DNA of 64,000 bases from the NCBI GenBank assembly GCA_036734945.1, contig DAIMXP010000023.1, forward strand, positions 1-64,000. The letters are read 5' to 3'. The notes under the pieces are model-generated. The model saw only the letters and a program-made list of their open reading frames with translations, did no database searches and was not told the origin of the DNA. The translations under genes were made by a program, and so were the position numbers. Of the stretch, positions 37,781 through 47,956 are shown piece after piece; position 1 is the stretch's first letter, and each line of letters starts with the position of its first letter. The stretch comes from Chloroflexota bacterium (lineage in GTDB: Bacteria; Chloroflexota; UBA4733).

Positions 37781-37843
37781 GAATGGCGATGGGTGCGCCG
37801 CAAAATCCTGCACAGAAAGCGAACGGTATTTAGTGGCGTGTTA

Positions 37844-37974
37844 CAGGGCCGCGATTGCGATCGGCGGCCAAGTGACGGGGGCGACTGCGGTCGCGTTGCG
37901 AACCGTCGACGGCGCATCCAAGCGACCGCAGTCGCCCCCGTCACTTGGCCGCCGATCGCAATCGCGGCCTTGTA
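37844..37974. repeat. Family-B REP-like palindromic element (unit + 27-bp spacer + inverted unit)
   Basis: Near-perfect inverted pair of CAGGGCCGCGATTGCGATCGGCGGCCAAGTGACGGGGGCGACTGCGGTCGC. Confidence 0.7.
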
Positions 37975-38062
37975 CTCTCGGGTAATCACGTCGTCCCCTT
38001 TCTAAGCAAACCGTTGCGGCCCCCCAATGCCGATCTGGTTCGAGCCAGCCGAACACAGCCGA

Positions 38063-41000
38063 TCATTCGTTCGCCACCAGCAAGCCCCCCAACCCTGCTT
38101 CCGCCAGCGTGGCGTTGAACGGTGGCAGGTCGTCGCGCAGCAGCGCCTGGTACCGCTCGATTTGTGCCTGGCAGAGCTGCGTCAGGTGCTGGAACACCTC
38201 CTCATACTGACGCGGTGGGGCGGCGTCGGCGCTGTCGACCATGCTGGCGAGGATGGCCAGGCGGGCGTTGAGTCGGTTGAGGGGGCCGAGCGCGCTGGCG
38301 GCCTTCGGTTCGACCAGTTCCTGCTCGATGGCCGTCAAGCGCTCCACCAGGGTATCGCCGGCCTGCTGGATGCGGTCCGCTGCTGCGTTGCCTTTGCTGC
38401 GCCGTTGCCAGTCTTGCACCTGCTGGCGCAGGTCGCGCAGTTGGAGGACAGTGCGATGGACAGCGCTCAACTGCTCGTTTATACGGCCGTGCAGGTCGGC
38501 CAACGCCTGCAGGTCCTGCTCGCTCGCCGCGATACGCGGGTCCTTCAACACGGTATATTGGGCAGTCTGGACGAGTTCGCCGGCGCGCAGTTGCACCTGG
38601 TACTCGCCAGGGGGCACGAGCGGTCCTTTCAGCAGCTTCTCGGTGGCGGCATCGCCGGGCAAGGCTACGGCATCGGCGCGCCGCAGGTTCCAGACGAAGC
38701 GGTTCACGCCAACCTTGGTGGGAAGAGTAGGCGCACCGTCACCCTTGGTGGCCCCTTCCTTCTTGGCAGTGCCGGACTCAGACGTGTCGCCTTCACTGGA
38801 ATAGGAGCGGAGCTCAGTGCCGGCGCTATCCAGAACGGTGAGTGTGAGCGGCTGGGTCGGCGATTCGCTCAGCAGGTAGGTGACGACGACGCCATCCTTG
38901 GGGTTCTCCCCGGCATCAACGAGGTCCTCCACCTGCTCGCCCTGCTGGTTGCGATGGCGGCGCAGCGGGACACGCAGCGGGCCGCTGTTGCGGAAGTCGT
39001 TGGCGGCAGTACCGTTCGCCTCCCGTCCGTAGTTGCGCAGGCGAAAGGTCGGCTTCGGCGTGAATAGGTGAGCCGGCTCGGCTGCCGCTGCCGGATCAAG
39101 CTGACGCAGTGGGGTGATGTCGTCCAGAATCCAGAAGGAACGGCCGTGCGTGGCGGCGACCAGTTCGTCCCCTTTGATCGCCAAATCGTAGACGGGCACG
39201 ACCGGCAGGTTGCCGCGCGCCGGACGCCATAAGGCTCCGTCGTCGAAGGAGACGTAGAGGCCAGTCTCCGTGCCGGCGACAAGCAGGCCGCGACGCACCG
39301 GGTCGGCGCGGATCACGCGCGTGAAAACGTTGGCAGGCAGACCTTGCACGATGCGCTGCCAACTCTGGCCGTAGTCGCTGGTCTTGTAGAGGTAGGGTCG
39401 GAAGTCGTCCAGCTTGTAGCGGGTGGCGGCGATGTAGGCGGCGCCGGCGTCATAGGGTGACGGTTCAATAACGCTGATCAGGGTCCATTCCGGCAGGTCC
39501 GGCGGCGTGATGTTGGTCCAGGTCTGGCCGTTGTCGCGGGAGAGGTGGACCAGACCGTCGTCCGTGCCTGCCCAGAACAGGCCTGCCTGGTGGGGCGACT
39601 CCACAAAGGCAAAGATGGTGCCGTAGAGTTCGGCTCCGGTGTTGTCGCGCGTGATCGGCCCGCCGGAGGGCAGCATCTTTTGCGGGTCGTTGCGAGAGAG
39701 GTCCGGGCTGATCTCCTCCCAGGTGGAACCGAGGTCGCTGGAGCGCAGCGCCTTGTTGGCGGTGACGTAGAGGACGTTCGGGTCGTGGGGCGAGAAGGAT
39801 ATGGGGAAGGTCCACTGGAAGCGGTACTTGAGGTCGGCGCCGCTGCTGCCCATGCCCATGACGTCGGGCCAGACGGTGATGTTGCGCTTCTGGCCGCTGC
39901 GATGGTCGTAGCAGATCAGCCGGCCATGGCCGGAGCCGCTGCCGATGGCGCCACCAACGATGATGTTCTGGTCATCCGGCTTGAGGGCGATATAGCCGCT
40001 TTCGCCACCGCCCGGCTCAAACCAATCAAGCTGGGTGATAGCGCCCGAACTGGTGCGGCTGGGCAACGACAACGCCGAGTTGTCTTGCTGCGAGCCGTAG
40101 ACACGGTAGGGGAACTGATCGTCGGTGGCGACGTGGTAGAACTGGCCGGTGGGCTGGTTGTAAACGGAGGACCAGGAGAGGCCGCCGTCAAAACTCACCG
40201 TCGCGCCACCATCGTGACCCAGGATAAGCCGCCGCGGGTTGGTTGGATCCATCCAGAGGTCGTGGTTGTCGCCGTGGGCCGTCGGCACGGCGCTGAAGGT
40301 GATCCCGCCGTCGATGGAGCGCCAGCAACCAACGTTGAGCACCCACACGGTATCGGCATCTTGCGGGTCGGCGTGGATGTGCATGTAGTACCAGGCGCGG
40401 CGGCGCAGATCATTCTCTTCGCACAGCCGCGTCCATGTAGCGCCACCATCATCGGAACGGAAGACAGCGCCATCTTCGGACTCCACGATGGCCCAGAGGC
40501 GGTCGCGCCGGGCCGGGGAGGCGGCGATGCCGATCTTGCCGCGCACGCCGGTGGGCAAGCCGGGGTTACTCGTCAACTCCTGCCAGGTGTCGCCGCCGTC
40601 GGTCGATTTGAAGAGCCCCGAGCCGGGCCCGCCGCTGGTCAAGCTCCAGGGGGTGCGCCGGACCTCCCAGAGCGCCGCGTAGAGCACGCGCGGGTTGTGG
40701 GGGTCGAGCACGAGGTCGCAGGCGCCGGTATCTTCGTTGCGGAACAGCATGCGCTGCCAATGCGCGCCGCCGTCTACGGAGCGAAAGATACCCCGCTCGC
40801 TATTCGGGCCGTTGGCGTGTCCCAGCGCGGCCACGTAGACGAGGTCCGGGTTCGTTGGGTGTACGCGGACCTTGGCAATGTGCCTGGTGTCTTCCAGTCC
40901 GACGTTGATCCAGGTGGCGCCGGCGTCGGTGCTGCGATAGACGCCGTCACCATGGGACACGTCGCCGCGGATGCAGGCTTCGCCGGCGCCGACGTAGAGC

Positions 41001-41305
41001 ACGTTGGGATCGGACGGCGCCACGGCAACCGCGCCGATGGCGGCAGTGTGCAGATAGCCGTCGGTGATGTTGCGCCAGGAGATACCGCCATCGACGGTCT
41101 TCCAGACGCCGCCGGCACAGGCGCCGTGGTAGAAGGTCAACGGCTCGGCCGGGTCGCCGGCCACCGCCACCACGCGCCCGGCCCGGTGCGGCCCGATCAG
41201 CCGCCAGCGCATGAGGCCGGCAAGGGTATCGTCCAACGGTGCTTCTTCACGTGTCGTCAATTGATCCCGCTCCCTCGCTATCAGGTCGGAGCATAGCACA
41301 GGCAC
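38063..41305 (-). CDS. BNR/Asp-box repeat protein (sortilin/VPS10- or GH74-like beta-propeller)
   Basis: At least 9 SxDxGxTW Asp-box motifs (STDAGATW, SVDGGAHW, STDGGDTW, SDDGGATW, SIDGGITF, SFDGGLSW, SRDNGQTW, TSDYGQSW, SFDDGALW). 1080 aa. Internal Met at 41212 is an alternative start. Confidence 0.65.
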   Translation of the reverse strand: MPVLCSDLIARERDQLTTREEAPLDDTLAGLMRWRLIGPHRAGRVVAVAGDPAEPLTFYHGACAGGVWKTVDGGISWRNITDGYLHTAAIGAVAVAPSDPNVLYVGAGEACIRGDVSHGDGVYRSTDAGATWINVGLEDTRHIAKVRVHPTNPDLVYVAALGHANGPNSERGIFRSVDGGAHWQRMLFRNEDTGACDLVLDPHNPRVLYAALWEVRRTPWSLTSGGPGSGLFKSTDGGDTWQELTSNPGLPTGVRGKIGIAASPARRDRLWAIVESEDGAVFRSDDGGATWTRLCEENDLRRRAWYYMHIHADPQDADTVWVLNVGCWRSIDGGITFSAVPTAHGDNHDLWMDPTNPRRLILGHDGGATVSFDGGLSWSSVYNQPTGQFYHVATDDQFPYRVYGSQQDNSALSLPSRTSSGAITQLDWFEPGGGESGYIALKPDDQNIIVGGAIGSGSGHGRLICYDHRSGQKRNITVWPDVMGMGSSGADLKYRFQWTFPISFSPHDPNVLYVTANKALRSSDLGSTWEEISPDLSRNDPQKMLPSGGPITRDNTGAELYGTIFAFVESPHQAGLFWAGTDDGLVHLSRDNGQTWTNITPPDLPEWTLISVIEPSPYDAGAAYIAATRYKLDDFRPYLYKTSDYGQSWQRIVQGLPANVFTRVIRADPVRRGLLVAGTETGLYVSFDDGALWRPARGNLPVVPVYDLAIKGDELVAATHGRSFWILDDITPLRQLDPAAAAEPAHLFTPKPTFRLRNYGREANGTAANDFRNSGPLRVPLRRHRNQQGEQVEDLVDAGENPKDGVVVTYLLSESPTQPLTLTVLDSAGTELRSYSSEGDTSESGTAKKEGATKGDGAPTLPTKVGVNRFVWNLRRADAVALPGDAATEKLLKGPLVPPGEYQVQLRAGELVQTAQYTVLKDPRIAASEQDLQALADLHGRINEQLSAVHRTVLQLRDLRQQVQDWQRRSKGNAAADRIQQAGDTLVERLTAIEQELVEPKAASALGPLNRLNARLAILASMVDSADAAPPRQYEEVFQHLTQLCQAQIERYQALLRDDLPPFNATLAEAGLGGLLVANE

Positions 41306-41367
41306 GAATAGCGGACTTGTCCAGGGCGATAAGGCTGGTATACTGCCGCAAGCATAAACGTCTCTTT

Positions 41368-41739
41368 ATGGATGGCGGCAGGACGGCGATGAAGGAACTG
41401 CGCGAGCTGGCACTCACCCTGCACGCCTGTGCCGACGGCACGCGTCTGCGCATCCTGCGACTGCTGGCCGATGGACGGGAGATTTCGGTTTCCGACCTCA
41501 CGCTGCTGCTGCATATCAGCCAGCCGCTGGTTTCCTGGCACCTGCGCATCCTGCGCCGCACCGGCCTGATCAGCACGCGCCGGACCGGTCGGCAGGCGCT
41601 CTACCAACTGAATCGCGCGGGTTGGGATGGCCTGCGGTCCGGGTTGGATCAAGTGTTGCTCCCAGCGGCGTCGGGCTGGGATGCGGAGGCAACGCGCTTG
41701 CTGCCCGGCTTACGCCAGCAGGAGACAACGGTCGGATGA
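41368..41739 (+). CDS. ArsR-family transcriptional regulator
   Basis: HTH CADGTRLRILRLLADGREISVSDLTLLLHISQPLVSWHLRILRRTGLI. Confidence 0.7.
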   Translation: MDGGRTAMKELRELALTLHACADGTRLRILRLLADGREISVSDLTLLLHISQPLVSWHLRILRRTGLISTRRTGRQALYQLNRAGWDGLRSGLDQVLLPAASGWDAEATRLLPGLRQQETTVG

Positions 41740-42935
41740 AAATCGCGCTCGTCTGCCCCTACGATTTCGCCACGCCCGGCGGTGTGCAGGATCACGTGCG
41801 CCACCTGGGAGAGCGTTTTCAGCAGACGGGCCACGACGTGCGCATCCTGGCGCCCTCCAGCGACGACGAGGTCCACGAGAGCGGCAATGTCTACACCGTC
41901 GGCGGTGTCACCGCTGTGCCGGCTAACGGGTCGATCGCCCGCATCTCCCTCTCCATTCGGCTGGCGAAGCGCGTCAAGCACATCTTGCGCTCCGAGCAGT
42001 TTGACATTGTGCATGTGCACGAGCCGCTGATGCCGATGCTGCCGATCACCGTGTTGCGCTTTTCCGACGCCTTGAACATCGGCACCTTCCACGCCTATTC
42101 GCGCAGCCATTATGGCTACCAGTGGGGCAAGCCCCTGCTGATGCGCTATTTCCGCCGCCTCTCCGGCTGCATCGCCGTGTCCGAACCGGCCCAGCAGTTC
42201 ATCGAGCAGTACTTCCCCGGCAAGTACACGGTGATTCCCAACGGCATCGACGTCGCCGAGTTTTCGGGGCCGATCGAGCCGCTGCCGGAGTTTAACGACG
42301 GCATGCTCAACATCCTGTTCTTCGGGCGACTGGAGAAGCGCAAAGGGCTGCGCTTCCTGCTGCGCGCCTTCCCGCTGGTGAAGTCGGCCTTCCCCAACGC
42401 CCGCCTGATTGTGGCCGGTGAAGGCACGACGCGGGCGGCCTACCAACAGTGGGTGGACAAGCACGAGGTACGCGATGTCGTGTTCACGGGCCGCGTTTCG
42501 GCGGCGGATCGCGCGCGCTGCTATGCCAGCGCCGACGTCTTTTGCGCCCCCAACATCGGCGGCGAGAGTTTCGGCATCGTCTTGCTGGAAGCGATGGCGT
42601 CGGGGAAGCCGGTCGTCGCCAGCGCCATTCCCGGCTACAAGGCCGTCATTCAGGACACGGTGGATGGCTTGCTGTTTCCAGCCAAAGATCACGAGGCGCT
42701 CGCCAGCACGCTCTGTCGGCTGCTGGCCGATGCCGATTTGCGACGGCAGTTAGGGGCAGCCGGTCGGCGCAAAGCCTGGCAGTTCGACTGGTCGTCAATC
42801 GCCGATCAGGTGCTGACCTACTATCGTCAGGTCGCGCAGAGTCAACAGCGTGAGGCTCCCCACTTGCTGGCCTCGCCAGCCGAGGTGTTTGAGGCGCTAC
42901 GCGGGCGGAACCCCGCCGGGGAGGGACGGGCATGA
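41736..42935 (+). CDS. GT4-family glycosyltransferase (PimA-like)
   Basis: MKIALVCPYDFATPGGVQDHV N-terminus and C-terminal EX7E-like FGRLEKRKG...ESFGIVLLEAMASGKPVV. Start overlaps the ArsR stop (ATGA). Confidence 0.75.
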   Translation: MKIALVCPYDFATPGGVQDHVRHLGERFQQTGHDVRILAPSSDDEVHESGNVYTVGGVTAVPANGSIARISLSIRLAKRVKHILRSEQFDIVHVHEPLMPMLPITVLRFSDALNIGTFHAYSRSHYGYQWGKPLLMRYFRRLSGCIAVSEPAQQFIEQYFPGKYTVIPNGIDVAEFSGPIEPLPEFNDGMLNILFFGRLEKRKGLRFLLRAFPLVKSAFPNARLIVAGEGTTRAAYQQWVDKHEVRDVVFTGRVSAADRARCYASADVFCAPNIGGESFGIVLLEAMASGKPVVASAIPGYKAVIQDTVDGLLFPAKDHEALASTLCRLLADADLRRQLGAAGRRKAWQFDWSSIADQVLTYYRQVAQSQQREAPHLLASPAEVFEALRGRNPAGEGRA

Positions 42936-43618
42936 TCTCGCTGGAACTGCAAGCTATTTTTCGCCGCCTGGTCGAACGCCTGATGCAACCGCTGGTACGC
43001 TCGGGCATCACCCCGAACATGGTGACGATCGTCGGTCTGCTGGTGAGCGGCGTGACGGCGCTAGTGTTGGCTGGCGGGCACTTCTTTGGTGGCGGCCTGC
43101 TCGTGCTCTTCTCCGGCGCCTTCGATATGCTCGATGGCGGTCTGGCGCGCGCCCGCGGCGGCGGCAGCAAGTTTGGCGCCTTCTTTGACTCCACGCTGGA
43201 TCGCCTCTCCGAGGGCGTCATCTACCTGGGCCTCCTCTACTGGTTCACCGCCACGCAACGGCCCAAATCGGCTGTCCTGATCTACCTCGTCATCCTCGGA
43301 TCGCTGTTGATCAGCTACTCCCGTGCCCGTGCCGAAGGGTTAGGCCTGGAGTGCAAGGTCGGCTTGCTGGCCCGCCCGGAGCGCGTGATCCTGCTGGGGG
43401 TGGCGCTGGTCATCGACGGCGCCGGTTTCGGTTCACTGCCGAAAGACCAGATCCTGGTGGTGGTGCTGGCCGGCCTGGCGGTCCTCACCTTCTTCACACT
43501 GGCCCAGCGCATCTGGTACATCTGGCGACTGACCTTGCCGGTGGTCAGCGCTCGCGAAGGCGGTGCTGTCGCCATGTTCCTCGCCCGCCGCGATGCCCGG
43601 CGCGCCCGCCATTCGTAG
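42932..43618 (+). CDS. CDP-alcohol phosphatidyltransferase (phosphatidylinositol-phosphate synthase-like)
   Basis: DMLDGGLARARGGGSKFGAFFDSTLDRLSE matches the D(x2)DG(x2)AR...G(x3)D(x3)D motif. Overlaps the GT4 stop. Confidence 0.75.
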   Translation: MISLELQAIFRRLVERLMQPLVRSGITPNMVTIVGLLVSGVTALVLAGGHFFGGGLLVLFSGAFDMLDGGLARARGGGSKFGAFFDSTLDRLSEGVIYLGLLYWFTATQRPKSAVLIYLVILGSLLISYSRARAEGLGLECKVGLLARPERVILLGVALVIDGAGFGSLPKDQILVVVLAGLAVLTFFTLAQRIWYIWRLTLPVVSAREGGAVAMFLARRDARRARHS

Positions 43619-43625
43619 TAGTCCT

Positions 43626-43733
43626 CCCGGCGACTGAAGTCGCGGGCTACTGAAAGCGAAGCCCACCTTCGTGGGCTGACCTAGTCCGCGTAGGCGGACT
43701 TCGCTTCGAATAGCCCGCGACTTCAGTCGCCGG
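43626..43733. repeat. Family-A MITE-like palindromic element, copy 3
   Basis: CCCGGCGACTGAAGTCGCGGGCTA...TAGCCCGCGACTTCAGTCGCCGGG with internal GCGAAGCCCACCTTCGTGGGCTGACCTAGTCCGCGTAGGCGGACTTCGC. Confidence 0.7.
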
Positions 43734-44150
43734 GCGCGGAGGCGCCGCCGTTAGCAAGCAGACCTCGCAAAACCTTGGGGGACACCCCGGTAACGCTGCC
43801 CCGTGTCGGCATCGGTTATGCGTCTGTTACCATGTGATGGACGCTCGCCTCGTCTCATCGCTGATGAACGCATACTGCAGGGTGGCGATCACTGCCTGCC
43901 GGAACGGGGCCTGTGACGGGTCCCACATCCGCGCCGGTAGCACCCCTGTTCTGTCGGTCGCACCACGACCGTTCCGCTGAGAAAGAAAATTGCCCCGGTT
44001 CCACTGTGGAGCCGGCTCGTGTGCCTATTGCCAGGGGAAGGACATTGGTTCGTGCTACAAGCGTATGAGACTCGTTCGGGCGTCGCTCAACCCGCCGTTG
44101 GGTTGGCGCCGACGAGTGAACGGTTCAGACGAGCAGACAACACGCCGTGG

Positions 44151-45008
44151 ATGCGCTTCTTCGTGGTCGTCGGCGTCGTCGTGCCGATTGCTGCTGTCGT
44201 CGTCGCTATCGTGCAACTCTGGCAGCACGCAGTCTATGGCAAGGACCTGGCACTGCTCGCCAGTACCTACTTCTTCGTGGCCATGGGTGTCACGATCGGC
44301 TATCACCGCTTCCTGACCCATCGCGGCTTCCGCGCGCCGCGCTGGTTGAAGCTGCTGTTGCTCATCCTGGGCAACATGTCGTTGGAAGGGACTCCGGTCA
44401 CCTGGGCCAGCACGCACCTGGAACACCACGCAAAATCCGACCGCGAAGGCGACCCGCATAGCCCGCTGGAAGGTTTCTTCCATGCCCACGTCGGTTGGAT
44501 TCTTGACGGCTTTACTTCCAACACGGCAAAGTATGGCCCCTGGCTCCTGGAGGACCCTATCGTCATGTTCGTCACGCGAACGTCGTGGCTGTGGGACGTG
44601 CTCTCTTTCGCCATTCCGTTCGCCATCGACGGCTGGCGGGGCCTGATCTGGGGCGGGCTGGTGCGCATGTTCCTGGTGCATCACGTCACCTGGAGTGTCA
44701 ACTCCGTCTGCCACGTCTTCGGCAAGCGGCCCTTCAAGACGGGCGACCGCAGCACCAACAACTGGCTGGTCGGCCTGCTGGCGGGCGGCGAAGGCTGGCA
44801 CAACAACCACCACGCCTTTCAGCGCTCCGCCTATCACGGCCTCTTCTGGTGGCAGTTCGACCTCTCCGGCATCATCATCCGCACGCTGGAACTGACGCAC
44901 GTCATCAGCGAGGTCCAGAAGGTTGATCGAGCCCTTATCAGGCGGCGATTGCAGGAGGCTTTGACCGCTGCGGCGGCCAAAGCACCCGCATCCGCGGGCG
45001 TCGCCTGA
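44151..45008 (+). CDS. Acyl-CoA (delta-9-type) fatty acid desaturase
   Basis: Histidine boxes HRFLTHRGF, HLEHHAKSD and WHNNHHAF. 4 TM helices. A long upstream leader of about 400 bp. Confidence 0.8.
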   Translation: MRFFVVVGVVVPIAAVVVAIVQLWQHAVYGKDLALLASTYFFVAMGVTIGYHRFLTHRGFRAPRWLKLLLLILGNMSLEGTPVTWASTHLEHHAKSDREGDPHSPLEGFFHAHVGWILDGFTSNTAKYGPWLLEDPIVMFVTRTSWLWDVLSFAIPFAIDGWRGLIWGGLVRMFLVHHVTWSVNSVCHVFGKRPFKTGDRSTNNWLVGLLAGGEGWHNNHHAFQRSAYHGLFWWQFDLSGIIIRTLELTHVISEVQKVDRALIRRRLQEALTAAAAKAPASAGVA

Positions 45009-45016
45009 GTAGACGG

Positions 45017-45141
45017 CTGGCGACTGGAGTCGCGCCTAACACCCACGCTACGCGCGGGTACCCGGCGAAGCCCGCCTTCGCGGGCTGACCTAGTCCGCGC
45101 AGGCGGACTTCGCCATGGTAGCCGCGACTTCAGTCGCCAGG
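45017..45141. repeat. Family-A MITE-like palindromic element, copy 4
   Basis: CTGGCGACTGGAGTCGCGCCTAAC...TAGCCGCGACTTCAGTCGCCAGG with the internal core shared with copies 2 and 3. Confidence 0.7.
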
Positions 45142-45217
45142 CCGGCATCATTCCTTCAAAGTGTGTACCATGGCTCGTGCTTGCGCCGAGGCAGGCAACG
45201 ATGCGAGGATAGAGAGC

Positions 45218-46291
45218 ATGGACGAACTAGAACGCTGGCGGAATCCGGGGAACTGGCGGCGGCCAGGCGCTGTCACGATCACGCAACGGTCGCCGGTGCG
45301 GGCGGGCGATTCCACCTTCGCAATGTTGCAGGAGGCCGGGATAGCCGCCACGGTCGCGCCGCTGCTGGACGCGCAGGGCAACGTGTCGGCCACCGTGCAG
45401 CAGGCGGACGTCGTGGTGTCCGGCGGCCAGCGCCTCACCGCCGATTTGATCGGCCAAATGAGCGCCTGCCGGCTGCTCCTGCGGCCTTACGTCGGCTACG
45501 ACGATATCGACGTTGACGCCGCAACGGCATCCGGCATCCTCTTCGCCAATGTACCGGACGCCTTCTCCGAGGAGGTGGCGATCCACGCCGTGGCCCTGAT
45601 CCTCGCCTTGAACCGCGGGTTGCTCCGCATGGATCGCTACGTCCGCGACGGCTCCTGGGGGAAGCGCCGGACGCGGGCGGACGTGGAGTTGCACCGCCCC
45701 GCTGTCCAAACGGTGGGGCTGGTCGGCTTTGGCGTGATCGCCCGCATGGTGGCGGAACGCCTCAGGCCCTTCGGGTACCGCCTGCTCGTCAGTGACCCAT
45801 ATATCCCCGCCGAGGACGCCACGCCCTACGGCGCCACCCTGGTTCCCCTGGAACAACTCCTGGCGGAGAGCGACGTGGTGTCGCTGCATGTGCTGCTCAA
45901 CGAGAGTACGCGCCACCTCATGAACGCCGCGCGGCTGGCGCAGATGAAGCAGGGGGCCGTCCTGATCAACACCTGCCGGGGGCCAGTCGTGGATGAAGCG
46001 GCGCTGGCGGCAGCGCTCCGCTCGGGCCATCTGGGTGGCGCCGGGCTTGATGTCTTTGAGCAAGAACCGATCGATCAAGACCATCCGTTTGTCGGCATGG
46101 AGCAGGTGATCCTGACGCCACACGCCGCCAGCCAGTCGGTGGAAGGGGTGGCGCAGTTACGCCGCCGAGTCGCCGAGATCACGGCCTCCGTTGCCGGTGG
46201 CGCGATGCCGGAGCGGAAGGTGGTCGTGAACAAGGGCCTTTACGACCAGCTGGTGGGTCTGCCGGAACTGGCCAACGTGCCGCGCGCCTAG
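45218..46291 (+). CDS. D-isomer-specific 2-hydroxyacid dehydrogenase family protein
   Basis: NAD-binding VGLVGFGVIARMVAERL and catalytic His region GGAGLDVFEQEP. Start is uncertain (45161, 45218 or 45332). Confidence 0.65.
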   Translation: MDELERWRNPGNWRRPGAVTITQRSPVRAGDSTFAMLQEAGIAATVAPLLDAQGNVSATVQQADVVVSGGQRLTADLIGQMSACRLLLRPYVGYDDIDVDAATASGILFANVPDAFSEEVAIHAVALILALNRGLLRMDRYVRDGSWGKRRTRADVELHRPAVQTVGLVGFGVIARMVAERLRPFGYRLLVSDPYIPAEDATPYGATLVPLEQLLAESDVVSLHVLLNESTRHLMNAARLAQMKQGAVLINTCRGPVVDEAALAAALRSGHLGGAGLDVFEQEPIDQDHPFVGMEQVILTPHAASQSVEGVAQLRRRVAEITASVAGGAMPERKVVVNKGLYDQLVGLPELANVPRA

Positions 46292-46378
46292 TGGAGCGCG
46301 TGATGAATCGTCTCGGAGAGTAGCGTTGAAGCACCGCGCGAATGGCACGGGCAGATGCAGGGGAAAGGATCACCAACC

Positions 46379-46798
46379 ATGGCTGTCGCACTACCTACCT
46401 TGAACACGGGGAAGCTCGTCGCCTCACTCGCTGAGATCAAAGCGCGCCACGGAGCGCCACCCTGGAATGAGCGCATCATCATCAACGACCGCTGCACCAC
46501 GACAGTGATCTGTCAGGCGCCCGGCCACAGTAACGACTGGCACTACCACGTCGTCGATGAATGGTGGATGATCGCCGAAGGGGAGCAAGCCTGGGAGATC
46601 GAAGGCGAGCAGGCCCCGCAGTACGTCAAGGCCGGCGACTTCGTGTACGTGCCCGCCGGCCACTACCACCTGATTCACGTCCTGGGCAACCAGCCTGCCA
46701 TCCGTATCGCCGTCTCGTACACGGGCGAACATCACCGCCACGAGCGCGAAAATCCACCGACAGCGCCCCGGCCAACGGGCATCACCGGCAGTCGCTAA
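46379..46798 (+). CDS. Cupin domain protein
   Basis: DWHYHVVDEWWMIAEG...AGDFVYVPAGHYH cupin motifs. RBS AAAGGA 8 nt upstream. Confidence 0.6.
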   Translation: MAVALPTLNTGKLVASLAEIKARHGAPPWNERIIINDRCTTTVICQAPGHSNDWHYHVVDEWWMIAEGEQAWEIEGEQAPQYVKAGDFVYVPAGHYHLIHVLGNQPAIRIAVSYTGEHHRHERENPPTAPRPTGITGSR

Positions 46799-46851
46799 GG
46801 TACGGTAGGCTAGTGGCAGTCAGGCGACAGATATAAGGAGGAAGGAACCGT

Positions 46852-47799
46852 ATGGCAACGATGACGAAACGCGAGCGCGTTCGTGCGGCGCTCGCCGGGG
46901 GCGATGTGGATCGCCTCCCCATCATGTTCTGGCACCACTTCCGTCCGCACGGCTCGCCCCAGAAGCTGGCGGACGCCACGCTGGACTTCTTTGGCCGACA
47001 CGACCTGGATATCTACAAGATCATGCCGGACATCCCCTATCCCTTCCCGCGCGACTCGATCCGCGCGGCGGACGATTGGCTCTTCCTCTCACCATTGGAC
47101 GTGCTGGAAGGCAACCTCGGCCGCATGGTAACGGCCACTGAACTCACCTACGAGAACCTGCCCAATGACGAGCCGCTGATCGTGACCATGTTCTCCCCCT
47201 TCTGCTATGCCATGAACTCCGCCGGCAGTGCCAACATCAGTCGGCACCTGAAGGAGAATCCCGCTCGCGTCCACGAGGCGCTGAGCGTGATTGCCCACAA
47301 CCTGGCGAGCTTCAGCCAGGCCCTGATCGCCCACGGCGCCGACGGCATCTTCTTCGCCTCGCAAGGCGCCGGTGACGGTATCCTGACGCGGGAACAGTAC
47401 AAGGAGTTCGGCGTACCCTACGACCTGCAGGTGCTGCGTGGCGCGCAGGACGCCTGGCTCAACGTACTGCACATCCACGGTTTCGAGAACCTGATGGTCG
47501 ATCTCTTCGTCGACTACCCGGCCAGCGTCTTCTCCTGGAGCGACCGCCTCAGTGGGCGTAGCCTGCGGGACATGCGCAAACTGGCGCCCAACGTCTGCCT
47601 GATGGGCGGCATCGACGAGAAGGGGGCCATCACCAAAGGCCCCGTCGACCAGGTAGCCGGGGAGATGCGCGATGCCATCGCCCAAACCGGCGGCGGTCGC
47701 CGTCTCATCCTCGCCAACGGCTGCTCCGTGCCCGACGACACCGACGACTCACTCCTGGCCGGGACACGCCGCCTCGCCGAGGAGATGCGACAGGGGTGA
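46852..47799 (+). CDS. Uroporphyrinogen decarboxylase (URO-D) family protein
   Basis: N-terminus RERVRAALAGGDVDRLPIMFWHHF, about 315 aa and a URO-D-like fold. RBS AAGGAGGAAGG. Confidence 0.65.
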   Translation: MATMTKRERVRAALAGGDVDRLPIMFWHHFRPHGSPQKLADATLDFFGRHDLDIYKIMPDIPYPFPRDSIRAADDWLFLSPLDVLEGNLGRMVTATELTYENLPNDEPLIVTMFSPFCYAMNSAGSANISRHLKENPARVHEALSVIAHNLASFSQALIAHGADGIFFASQGAGDGILTREQYKEFGVPYDLQVLRGAQDAWLNVLHIHGFENLMVDLFVDYPASVFSWSDRLSGRSLRDMRKLAPNVCLMGGIDEKGAITKGPVDQVAGEMRDAIAQTGGGRRLILANGCSVPDDTDDSLLAGTRRLAEEMRQG

Positions 47800-47814
47800 C
47801 CCCTCTCTCTGACT

Positions 47815-47944
47815 CTCTCCCCCTCACGGGAGAGAGAGAACGCGGTTGGAACGCCGGTCGCGTTGGGGCAATGTCCCAGCGCAGTTTTGACCAAAGACTA
47901 CCGTCACTCCGGCTGCGTTCCCCCTCTCCCGTGAGGGGGAGGGG
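47815..47944. repeat. Inverted repeat (about 18-25 bp arms CTCTCCCCCTCACGGGAGAGAG / CCCCCTCTCCCGTGAGGGGGAGGGG) spanning the gap between convergent genes
   Basis: Arms are reverse-complementary (17/18) and about 80 bp apart. Confidence 0.45.
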
Positions 47945-47956
47945 TCAGGGGAGGGG

